Source: Candidatus Zhuqueibacterota bacterium 4484_219
GTDB lineage: Bacteria > Zhuqueibacterota > JdFR-76 > 4484-219
NCBI GenBank assembly: GCA_002085035.1
Contig: MZGM01000001.1
Location: 1 to 43,778, forward strand
Length of the DNA stretch: 43,778 nucleotides
Reading direction: 5' to 3'
The notes under the pieces were generated by a model. It was not told the origin of the DNA. It saw nothing but the letters and a program-made list of their open reading frames with translations, and made no database searches. Position numbers and translations under genes: made by a program. Below, piece by piece: positions 1 through 7,917 of this stretch (the first letter of the stretch is position 1; each line of letters starts with the position of its first letter).

Positions 1-156
1 ATTGGTGAGGTGCGTAAAAATCGTTTGTTGCAGTCTTTTGGTTCGATAGAGAAAATCAAGCAAGCGTCGGTCGAAGAGTTGGTCAAAGTTGGAGTTATTC
101 CTAAAAATGTAGCCGAAAAAGTGTGGAAGTATTTTCATCCACAGTCAAGTGAGTGA
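1..156 (+). CDS. uvrC: Excinuclease ABC subunit C, C-terminal fragment (5' end lies outside the window)
   Basis: Frame 1 is open from the window edge to TGA at 154-156. The translation IGEVRKNRLLQSFGSIEKIKQASVEELVKVGVIPKNVAEKVWKYF matches the helix-hairpin-helix tail typical of UvrC C-termini (IG..R...LL..FGS...I..AS.EEL). Confidence 0.7.
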   Translation: MGEVRKNRLLQSFGSIEKIKQASVEELVKVGVIPKNVAEKVWKYFHPQSSE

Positions 157-206
157 AGAGGTGTTTATGAAAGAGCCTGAGGTAAATTTACAGTTAGCTT
201 TGGAGC

Positions 207-2342
207 ATGCTGGGTGTTTTTTCTGTGATGTGGTCGGAACACTGCAGCTACAAAAATTCTCTGGTAATGCTTCGCACCTTACCTCGAGAAGGCGAAGCGT
301 TGTTAGTAAAAGCGGGTGAAGAGAATGCCGGACTGGTTGATATTGGGGACGGTCTGGCAGTGGCTTTTAAGATCGAAAGTCATAACCACCCCTCAGCAGT
401 GGAACCGTATCAAGGAGCAGCAACCGGAGTTGGTGGAATCATGCGTGATATTTTTGCTATGGGAGCTCGTCCAATTGCTGCTCTGGATTCACTGCGCTTC
501 GGACCATTGAGCGATAATCGGGTAAGATACCTGTTTGATGGAGTAGTACGGGGTATCGGCGATTATGGCAATTGTTTGGGAATCCCTACCGTGGCAGGCG
601 ATGTTTATTTTGAAAAGTCCTACCGTGGTAACCCACTGGTGAATGCTATGACGGTGGGGATTGTGCGTACTGATCGTTTGGCTCATGCTGTAGCAAGGGG
701 CGAAGGGAACCCCGTGTTTGTTATTGGCTCTTCTACTGGACGCGATGGTATTCATGGTGCTACTTTTGCCTCGGAAGAGATTACTGAGGAATCGGAAGAA
801 CGTCGTCCTCAAGTACAAGTAGGCGATCCGTTTACTGAAAAGCTAATTATGGAAGCTACCCTGGAGCTCATAGAGAATGGTTGCGTAGTAGGGGTGCAAG
901 ACATGGGTGCCGCTGGAATTACCAGTTCCGCCTCAGAAACTGCTGCCAAGGGTGGGGTTGGTATGGAGTTGGATTTGGACAAGGTGCCGCTGCGCGAAAA
1001 AGGAATGATTCCCTATGAAATCATGCTCTCGGAGTCACAGGAACGAATGTTGATTATTGCTAAAAAGGGACGGGAAGAAGATGTTAGACGGATTTGTGAT
1101 AAATGGGATTTGAACTGTGCTGAATTTGGACGAGTAACTTCTGATGGAATGCTACGAGTAAAGTGGCACGGTCAGGTGGTGGTAGAAATTCCTGCGCAGA
1201 GTTTGGCCGCTGGAGAAGGGGCTCCGGTTTACACCCGAGAAGCAGAAAAACCGGACTATATTGACAAACTTCGCAACTATGATTTCAACAAGCTCCCACA
1301 ACCAGAAGATTGTAATTTAGTGTTGCTATCGCTATTAGGGTCTCCAAATATTGCCAGTAAGGCTTGGGTTTTTGAGCAATATGATACTATGGTACAAACC
1401 AATACCGTCGTCTTACCTGGTGGGGATGCGGCAGTGCTACGCATCAAGGGAACGAATAAAGCCCTGGCTATGAAAACTGATTGTAATAGCTGTTATGTTT
1501 ACCTTAATCCACGACGTGGAGCTCAAATTGCTGTTGCAGAAGCAGCACGGAATGTAGCTTGTACAGGAGCTAAACCAGTGGCTATTACCAACTGTTTGAA
1601 TTTTGGCAATCCCTACAAACCAGACAATTATTGGCAATTTCAGGAAGCTGTATTGGGAATGGGAGAAGCCTGTCGTCAATTAAATACTCCGGTTACCGGG
1701 GGCAATGTGAGTTTTTACAATGAAAACCCAGATGGAGCTATTTATCCAACACCAGTTATCGGGATGATAGGAATTATGGATGATGTTCATTTGCACACAA
1801 CCACATGGTTTAAATCCCCCGGCGATTGGATTGTGCTTCTGGGAAGGAATAAAGGAGAAGTTGGTGGAAGTGAATATATTAAGATGGTTCACGATCTGAT
1901 AGCAGGGGATGCCCCAAGTTTAGACCTGAAATTTGAAAAACGATTACAGCAATTTCTCCTACAAGCTATCCATAATGGTTGGATTAAATCGGCACACGAT
2001 ACTGCAGAAGGTGGGTTGGCTGTTGCACTTGCAGAGTGTTGTTTTCTCGATCACGAGCATTGGGTAGGTGCAGAAATTAAACTTGGAGAAAATATGCGCA
2101 GCGATTTTTTGCTGTTCGCTGAAGATCAATCTCGTATTGTGGTGAGTGTAGCAGCAGAAGATCTAACTCATTTACAACAACTGGCAAAGAAGCAAGAGAT
2201 TCCTCTTCTGGTACTGGGTAAAGTCACAAATAACGCTCGTTTGCGAATTCATCATCGGGATAAATTGGTAATTGATTTGCCTATAGTACAAATGGCAGAT
2301 GTTTATTTCTCTGCCATTCAGAATGCGATGGAAATTTATTGA
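207..2342 (+). CDS. purL: Phosphoribosylformylglycinamidine synthase subunit PurL (FGAM synthase II); the 5' end looks disrupted (see findings)
   Basis: 711-aa ORF with PurL signatures: [42 protein letters not shown] and a duplicated AIR-synthase-like fold (DMGAAG, ESQERML). The ancestral start appears to be ATG 167, which sits in a different frame. Confidence 0.9.
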   Translation: MLGVFSVMWSEHCSYKNSLVMLRTLPREGEALLVKAGEENAGLVDIGDGLAVAFKIESHNHPSAVEPYQGAATGVGGIMRDIFAMGARPIAALDSLRFGPLSDNRVRYLFDGVVRGIGDYGNCLGIPTVAGDVYFEKSYRGNPLVNAMTVGIVRTDRLAHAVARGEGNPVFVIGSSTGRDGIHGATFASEEITEESEERRPQVQVGDPFTEKLIMEATLELIENGCVVGVQDMGAAGITSSASETAAKGGVGMELDLDKVPLREKGMIPYEIMLSESQERMLIIAKKGREEDVRRICDKWDLNCAEFGRVTSDGMLRVKWHGQVVVEIPAQSLAAGEGAPVYTREAEKPDYIDKLRNYDFNKLPQPEDCNLVLLSLLGSPNIASKAWVFEQYDTMVQTNTVVLPGGDAAVLRIKGTNKALAMKTDCNSCYVYLNPRRGAQIAVAEAARNVACTGAKPVAITNCLNFGNPYKPDNYWQFQEAVLGMGEACRQLNTPVTGGNVSFYNENPDGAIYPTPVIGMIGIMDDVHLHTTTWFKSPGDWIVLLGRNKGEVGGSEYIKMVHDLIAGDAPSLDLKFEKRLQQFLLQAIHNGWIKSAHDTAEGGLAVALAECCFLDHEHWVGAEIKLGENMRSDFLLFAEDQSRIVVSVAAEDLTHLQQLAKKQEIPLLVLGKVTNNARLRIHHRDKLVIDLPIVQMADVYFSAIQNAMEIY

Positions 2343-2595
2343 TTCCAGATAAAGATAAGGCGTGAAGTATGAATGTTAACACAATGTCTTGATGCTAATT
2401 GGAATGTTACTAATTGTAGTATGACCAGTGGTGAAAGCTTTTGCAACTTTGTAAGTTATTAGTTTTAAAGGCCTAATGGTTGGTTGCTGGCTTTTTAATT
2501 TCCAGCCATGAATAGCAGGGATAAATGTAGCGATTCAGAATTTCTGAATAATTCAGGCTAAATCGAGAGCCTCTGCGAAACTTTTTAACCTGAAA

Positions 2596-3255
2596 ATGGA
2601 GAGGTGGAGGATGAAGGAGCATTTTTTTCTCCGTTACATTCGCAACAAATTCATTGCAGGATTGGTTACCTTTGTCCCTTTCGTGATTACCTTCTGGGTT
2701 TTGAAGGGAGTATTTAATTTTGTTGATGGTCTTCTGGGGCCAGAGGTCTCTCGTTTTATTGGTCGCCAGATTCCCGGGGTAGGCATTGTTGCCACTATAG
2801 TATTAGTTTTTATCCTTGGGGTGTTGACTACTAACTTCATTGGGCGTTCCCTTTTGCATCTCGGGGAACGAATCATAGCTAAAATCCCTTTTATCAAGAC
2901 CCTTTACGATAGTGTTAAGCAGCTCATCACTGCTATCGCCGTATCGAGGCGAAAAGAATTCCAGAATGTAGTACTTATAGAATATCCCCGTAGAGGTGCT
3001 TATGTAATCGGGTTTTCTACTAAGGAGTGTACTGGTGAACTTCAGCAGGAGACCGAACAGACAGTAGTAAGTATTTTCGTACCTTCCACACCAAATCCGA
3101 CTACCGGCATGTTGGTATTTGTGCCGAAAGAGGATGTAATAAAGTTAGCTATGAGTGTTGAGGAGGCCATGAAGGTAATAATTTCTGGTGGTATTGTGAT
3201 CCCACCAACTCAATTGAGACGCAATCCAAATTACTTACCAGATGAAAAATCGTGA
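2596..3255 (+). CDS. DUF502 family membrane protein
   Basis: Two N-terminal TM helices (GLVTFVPFVITFWVL..VFNFVDGLLGP; GVGIVATIVLVFILGVL) and the C-terminal motif PSTPNPTTGMLVFVPKEDV are typical of DUF502. The internal ATG at 2611 has the better SD (GGAGAGG, 6-nt spacing) and may be the real start. Confidence 0.8.
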   Translation: MERWRMKEHFFLRYIRNKFIAGLVTFVPFVITFWVLKGVFNFVDGLLGPEVSRFIGRQIPGVGIVATIVLVFILGVLTTNFIGRSLLHLGERIIAKIPFIKTLYDSVKQLITAIAVSRRKEFQNVVLIEYPRRGAYVIGFSTKECTGELQQETEQTVVSIFVPSTPNPTTGMLVFVPKEDVIKLAMSVEEAMKVIISGGIVIPPTQLRRNPNYLPDEKS

Positions 3256-3285
3256 GTAGTTTTTTAGTTCAAGGGAGATAAATTA

Positions 3286-3366
3286 ATGAAATTTACCTTG
3301 ACTCTTTGTAATATTTTTATTTATTTTGTAATATCCTCGTTTCAGACAAAGGGCGAAATCTGTTGA
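3286..3366 (+). CDS. Candidate 26-aa hydrophobic small ORF (MKFTLTLCNIFIYFVISSFQTKGEIC), translationally coupled to the next gene
   Basis: AGGGAG lies 8 nt upstream of ATG 3286. Its stop TGA (3364-3366) shares one base with ATG 3366 of the REC-PAS-GAF gene (TGATG). No homology was recognised and the region is AT-rich, so chance is possible. Confidence 0.25.
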   Translation: MKFTLTLCNIFIYFVISSFQTKGEIC

Positions 3367-5369
3367 TGACAGAGAAAATCAAAAATATTCTCTACCTGGG
3401 CAAGGACGAAAAGTTTGCTCACTCTTTGAAGCGCATGATGCAACTTTATCGTCAAGATTTTCGTCTCCATGTTAATACCTCCCTGAATCAACTACCGCAG
3501 ACCTTAGAAGGAAAACTATATGACGCTATTCTTTTCGATACTCAGTTTTTGAGCGATGATGGCCAAGCTTTACTGCACCAGATTTACAGATTAGCTGCTA
3601 AATTCCCTGTAATTTTTATCGTGGACAAAGACAATGAAACTGTGGGAAGACAAGCAATGGAAAATGGCGTCTTTGATTATCTGATCAAAGTAGATGGGGT
3701 TTTGACTGCCCTTCCTTTTACGGTAGAAAGGGCTCTGGAGCATCGGCCGACTTCCTTGCAGTTGTCAACTGTTTCTCAGGAAGATGAAAAAGTCGAACCG
3801 GAAACCGGGTTTTTTGAAATCAATGAACACGGTCGGATTATCTTTTTTGATGATAATTTTGAAAAGATGCTGGGGCTTTCACATAGAGAACTTTATCAAA
3901 GCTATATTTCTGATTTCATCAGTGAAGAAGATCGCGATTTTTACTACCGATGGCAAACGGAGCAATCCCCGGGAAATAAGGAGGGCTTTTATCTGCGTAC
4001 ACAAATCATTCATCCTGAAAAAGGTGTTGTACCAGTGGAATTGAGGCTTTCCCCTTATGAACAAGGAACCGGGCTGTTTTCTGGCTATCGGGGAATTTTG
4101 CGTATAGTACAGCCTGCCCAGCATGAAAAAGTTGCCAAAGAGACATTGCCAAATCTGGATTTTTTCGAAGAGCTCTACGAGCTAAACAAACATCTTCGAA
4201 AAGGTCTGAGTCAGCTTTTTCTTATGAAACTTACTGAAATCCCCAAAAAATATTTTGGGTTCAAAACCGCCAGCCTCTATTTGTATGATCCTTTAGCCAA
4301 TAACTATCGCAAGGAGATTACTCTTAGTGAGGAAGAAACCAATGCGGATCATCTTAGCGTAGATTTCTTTACTGGTGAAGCAATTAAATCACTTTTTGCT
4401 CAGAATCAATTTACCCAGTTTGCTCATCAGAGTCTTTTTAGTGATGTTGAACGTGCCAAGTTGCTTGGTTCCAAAGAGAAGGGATTATTTGAAAAATTGC
4501 AATGGCAAGAAGGAAAGGCGTGGAATAAGGGTGATCGTTTGTTTTTAAATCTTAAAGGTACCAATGATCAAATTTTTGGATTCATTGTTTTGGAAAACCC
4601 TGCCTCCGGAACAATTCCCTCCAGTGCCATCTTGCAACAGGCAAAACTCTACATCATTTTTGCATCCAGCTTGTTTGAAGGTTTTGATCGTTATTCTGTA
4701 ATAGAGAAAAAACACAGGCGGTTAAAGCAAATTTTTACTCTGTTTGGAGCATATAGTCTCGAATTGCCATTGGAAAATTTACTGCGTGAAATTGTATGGT
4801 TGGTCAAGTTTTCTTTTGGCTATCGGTTGGTAATATTGGGGATTTTGACTCGTAGTACTCGACGATTGGAGTTGAAAGCAGTAGCTATTGAAGACAAAGA
4901 AAAAGCGCAGGTTTTGAAACGACTGCATTTTTCTATTGGGCAAATTGCTAACTACATGCGCGAACAATTCAGGATCAGTCGTTCTTATTTTATCACTCAA
5001 AAGCAGAATGTTTTCTATTTGATCAAAAGGATTTACGGGCTTCCTGTTTCCAATTATAAGCAGCAGAAACGTTGGTATTACGAGGATGTGCTATTAGTAC
5101 CTCTCTATTCATCAAAGAATAAGATCATAGGCTTTTTCATCATTGATGATCCCGAAGACCACTCGAAACCAGACTTAGAAATTATTCAAATGTTGGAAAA
5201 AATTGCCCAAATGGTTGCAGTCCATGTTGAGAACAAGGTGGTTTTTACCCAACTCCAACAATATTATCTTAAGTTACAGAAAAACAATCGGAATAATGGC
5301 CAGTTAGATGCTCAAAAAAATAGTAAGGGGGGTATTCGTAATATTTTGAAAATCATCAACTTATATTAA
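3363..5369 (+). CDS. Receiver(REC)-like / PAS / GAF signalling protein with no recognisable output domain
   Basis: The N-terminal 125 aa have a CheY-like layout (ILYLGKDE.., AILFD, VIFIVD, FDYLIKV). A PAS-like segment follows (GFFEINEHGRIIFFDDNFEKMLGLSHRELY), then two GAF-like segments (GFIVLENP.., IGFFIIDDPED..IAQMVAVHVEN). The likely start is ATG 3366. Confidence 0.75.
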   Translation: MMTEKIKNILYLGKDEKFAHSLKRMMQLYRQDFRLHVNTSLNQLPQTLEGKLYDAILFDTQFLSDDGQALLHQIYRLAAKFPVIFIVDKDNETVGRQAMENGVFDYLIKVDGVLTALPFTVERALEHRPTSLQLSTVSQEDEKVEPETGFFEINEHGRIIFFDDNFEKMLGLSHRELYQSYISDFISEEDRDFYYRWQTEQSPGNKEGFYLRTQIIHPEKGVVPVELRLSPYEQGTGLFSGYRGILRIVQPAQHEKVAKETLPNLDFFEELYELNKHLRKGLSQLFLMKLTEIPKKYFGFKTASLYLYDPLANNYRKEITLSEEETNADHLSVDFFTGEAIKSLFAQNQFTQFAHQSLFSDVERAKLLGSKEKGLFEKLQWQEGKAWNKGDRLFLNLKGTNDQIFGFIVLENPASGTIPSSAILQQAKLYIIFASSLFEGFDRYSVIEKKHRRLKQIFTLFGAYSLELPLENLLREIVWLVKFSFGYRLVILGILTRSTRRLELKAVAIEDKEKAQVLKRLHFSIGQIANYMREQFRISRSYFITQKQNVFYLIKRIYGLPVSNYKQQKRWYYEDVLLVPLYSSKNKIIGFFIIDDPEDHSKPDLEIIQMLEKIAQMVAVHVENKVVFTQLQQYYLKLQKNNRNNGQLDAQKNSKGGIRNILKIINLY

Positions 5370-5425
5370 CATCAGCTGCAGCAGGAGGATGTGCTCCTTC
5401 TCTCTCCAGAGCACGGGTTGTCATT

Positions 5426-6298
5426 GTGCAATCTGACAGCGTCCGTACGACAAAAAATCGATTTGATGCCAAAGTGGTTGAAAAAGTACTCGATGAAGGA
5501 CTGCGGGCGTTATTTCACGGGGGGACCAGTACTTCGATTTGGCGACAACTTTTTAGTTCTGAAGATGTAGTGGCAATAAAGCTGAACTGCATCGCAGGGA
5601 GGGGGTTATCATCAAATAAAGAAGTAGTTCGAGCGATTGTTTCAGGTTTACGTTCTGCCGGGGTGAAAAGTGAAAACATTATCCTTTTTGATCGTATGGG
5701 TCAGGACTTACGACGTGCTGGTTATCGGATTTCTACAGTAAGGGGGCAGGTTCGATGTGTTGGAAATGATCGTATTGGTTATTCCAGAGATCTGCTGATG
5801 CACAAATCTATTGGTAGCATGGTTAGTCGTGTAGTCAGTGAATATGCTACCGCCATTATTAATGTGCCAGTACTTAAGGATCACGGCATTGCAGGAGTAA
5901 GCATAGGAATGAAAAACTTCTTCGGTGTTATTCATAATCCTAATAAATATCACATAAATGCTTGTGACCCTTATGTGGCTGATCTTTGCAGTCATCCCTG
6001 GATCAAAGATAAATTGCGATTGACAATCTGTGATGCTTTGACAGCACAGTTTGAGGGCGGTCCGCCGTACATGCCTCAGTGGGCTTGGCCTTTTAACGGA
6101 CTTTTGATTTCCCAGGACATGGTAGCTCTCGATTATGTGGGCTGGCAAATTATCGAAAAAAAACGTAAACAAGCTGGACTGAAATCGCTGCGGGAGGTAG
6201 GACGGGAACCAAAGTACATCTTAACTGCCGCTGATCAGGATCATCGCCTGGGCGTTGCAGATCTAAAATCGATTGAAATTAAACAATTAAAGATTTGA
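5426..6298 (+). CDS. DUF362 domain protein (N-terminal leader apparently incomplete)
   Basis: Motifs VAIKLN, NVPVLKDHGIAGVSIGMKNFFG and DMVALD fit DUF362. The first usable start is GTG 5426, but the frame is open upstream to 5342 and encodes a signal-peptide-like tail with no start codon. Confidence 0.75.
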   Translation: MQSDSVRTTKNRFDAKVVEKVLDEGLRALFHGGTSTSIWRQLFSSEDVVAIKLNCIAGRGLSSNKEVVRAIVSGLRSAGVKSENIILFDRMGQDLRRAGYRISTVRGQVRCVGNDRIGYSRDLLMHKSIGSMVSRVVSEYATAIINVPVLKDHGIAGVSIGMKNFFGVIHNPNKYHINACDPYVADLCSHPWIKDKLRLTICDALTAQFEGGPPYMPQWAWPFNGLLISQDMVALDYVGWQIIEKKRKQAGLKSLREVGREPKYILTAADQDHRLGVADLKSIEIKQLKI

Positions 6299-6358
6299 TA
6301 ACATGCCCACAACTCAAAGCAGTGGTCATGTTAAAATGTAGCTTGCAAGGAGTGTATT

Positions 6359-7867
6359 ATGAAAAGAACTACTTTTGTTTTATCAGTGTGTTTGCTATTG
6401 TTCTTTTCTATTATGAATTTTTGTGTGTCTTGTAACTCTCAGGAGAAGGACATTCGCAGACCAGCGGTGGCTGGTCAGTTTTACCCTGCCTCGGCCACTG
6501 ACTTGCGAAAACAAATACAACAGTTTTTTCAGGCGGCAAAACTTGTATCCGTACCAGGAAGAATAGTAGGGATGATTTCACCCCATGCAGGATACATTTA
6601 CTCCGGCTGGGTAGCAGCTCATGGATATCGACAGCTTGAAGGGAAAAAATACGAAACAGTTATCATCATTGCTCCCAGCCACTTTGAAACTTTTTCCGAG
6701 ATTTCTGTCTATCCCAGAGGTGGTTACGAAACCCCATTAGGTGTTGTATTTGTTGATGAGGAAATGGCGGAAAAAATCGCTGCCCAAAGTTCTCGCATCA
6801 TTCTTTCCAACAAGGGGCATCGTCAGGAACACCTCATTCAACGGGAACACGCTGTGGAAGTACAGATTCCTTTCCTGCAAATGGTATTAAAAGACTTTAA
6901 AATCGTACCTATTGTGATGGGTAATCAAAGTTACGAAAATTCACAAACGTTAGGAAATGCCATTGCTAAAGCGGCAAAAGGCCATAATGTTTTAATTGTA
7001 GCCAGTTCCGATTTGTCACACTATCATCCCTATCAGGAAGCAGTGGACATTGACAGTCGGTTAATCTCTTACGTCGAGAAGTTTGATTTTTCGGGATTGG
7101 CTGAGGCTATTTCAAAACGGGAAGTAGAAGCATGCGGGGGCGGCCCCATCGTTGCCACTATGATTGCTGCAGAAAAATTAGGAGCAAAGAAAGTAAAGAT
7201 TTTGAACTATGCTAATTCTGGAGACACTATGGGCGATAAGTCCAGAGTGGTAGGCTACTTATCAGCAGTATTCTATCGGCAGATGGAAAAAAATCCAAAG
7301 AAAAAGGAAGTTGGAATTGACCTGGGTTTGTCAAAAAAGGATCAAGAGCAACTTTTGGAGATTGCCAAAAAAACAATTGTTTGCTGTGTAAAAGGGGAGC
7401 CGATTCCCAAGTTTGAGGTAAGTTCCCCAAAGTTATTAGAGAAACGGGGCGCATTTGTTACTATTACTAAGTACGGACGTTTAAGAGGGTGTATTGGTTC
7501 CATTTTGCCAACGAAGTCTCTCTATCAAACGGTTCAGGAGGTTGCAGAGTCGGCAGCATTGCATGATCCTCGTTTTCCACCTGTTCGGCCTGATGAGTTA
7601 GAATATCTGAAAGTAGAAATTTCAGTATTGACTGTACCCCAAAAAATCCAGTCTATTGATGAGATCGAAGTTGGCAAACATGGGTTAATAATCAGAAAAG
7701 GGTACTCGCAAGGTTTGCTTCTGCCCCAAGTGGCGACTGATTATGGTTGGGACAGGGAAGAATTTTTACGAGCAACTTGTCGCAAAGCAGGGCTGCCTAC
7801 CGATGCTTGGAAACAGCCGGATACAGAGATATTTGTATTTTCCGCCGAGGTATTTGGAGAAGAATGA
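6359..7867 (+). CDS. Fused Memo-like (AmmeMemoRadiSam system protein B) and AMMECR1 (protein A) with an N-terminal signal peptide
   Basis: Residues ~35-305 look Memo-like: AVAGQFYP, SPHAGYIYSG, APSH, SSDLSHY. Residues ~325-502 look like AMMECR1: RGAFVTITKYGRLRGCIGS, LHDPRFPPV, HGLII..GLLLPQVA. The N-terminus MKRTTFVLSVCLLLFFSIMNFCVSC is a signal or lipoprotein-like leader. SD AAGGAG precedes the ATG. Confidence 0.8.
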   Translation: MKRTTFVLSVCLLLFFSIMNFCVSCNSQEKDIRRPAVAGQFYPASATDLRKQIQQFFQAAKLVSVPGRIVGMISPHAGYIYSGWVAAHGYRQLEGKKYETVIIIAPSHFETFSEISVYPRGGYETPLGVVFVDEEMAEKIAAQSSRIILSNKGHRQEHLIQREHAVEVQIPFLQMVLKDFKIVPIVMGNQSYENSQTLGNAIAKAAKGHNVLIVASSDLSHYHPYQEAVDIDSRLISYVEKFDFSGLAEAISKREVEACGGGPIVATMIAAEKLGAKKVKILNYANSGDTMGDKSRVVGYLSAVFYRQMEKNPKKKEVGIDLGLSKKDQEQLLEIAKKTIVCCVKGEPIPKFEVSSPKLLEKRGAFVTITKYGRLRGCIGSILPTKSLYQTVQEVAESAALHDPRFPPVRPDELEYLKVEISVLTVPQKIQSIDEIEVGKHGLIIRKGYSQGLLLPQVATDYGWDREEFLRATCRKAGLPTDAWKQPDTEIFVFSAEVFGEE

Positions 7868-7917
7868 TTAGAAACACCCAGAGTAACAATACGTATTTTA
7901 GAGTGATGTGAAATTGT

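Noticed and set aside
2343-2595. 253-nt spacer between purL and the DUF502 gene, examined for a riboswitch, sRNA or tRNA. It contains the 15-nt palindrome TTCAGAAtTTCTGAA (2534-2548), the repeats GAATGTTA x2 and CTAATTG x2, and a GCTGG...CCAGC hairpin.
   Set aside because: I recognised no known riboswitch core (ZTP, TPP, SAM, preQ1, c-di-GMP, fluoride) and no tRNA cloverleaf. The short repeats are within what an AT-rich spacer can produce by chance. The palindrome could be an operator but has no supporting context.
5708-6172. 154-aa ORF on the - strand inside the DUF362 gene
   Set aside because: It is antisense to a CDS with family motifs. It has no SD and no recognisable domain. It looks like a shadow ORF.
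6359-7867. Possibility that the Memo-AMMECR1 fusion is itself a deletion artefact like the other junction scars
   Set aside because: Both domains look complete at their termini and are joined in frame by a plausible Lys-rich linker of about 20 residues. No remnant stop, SD or start lies between them. A natural fusion is more likely.
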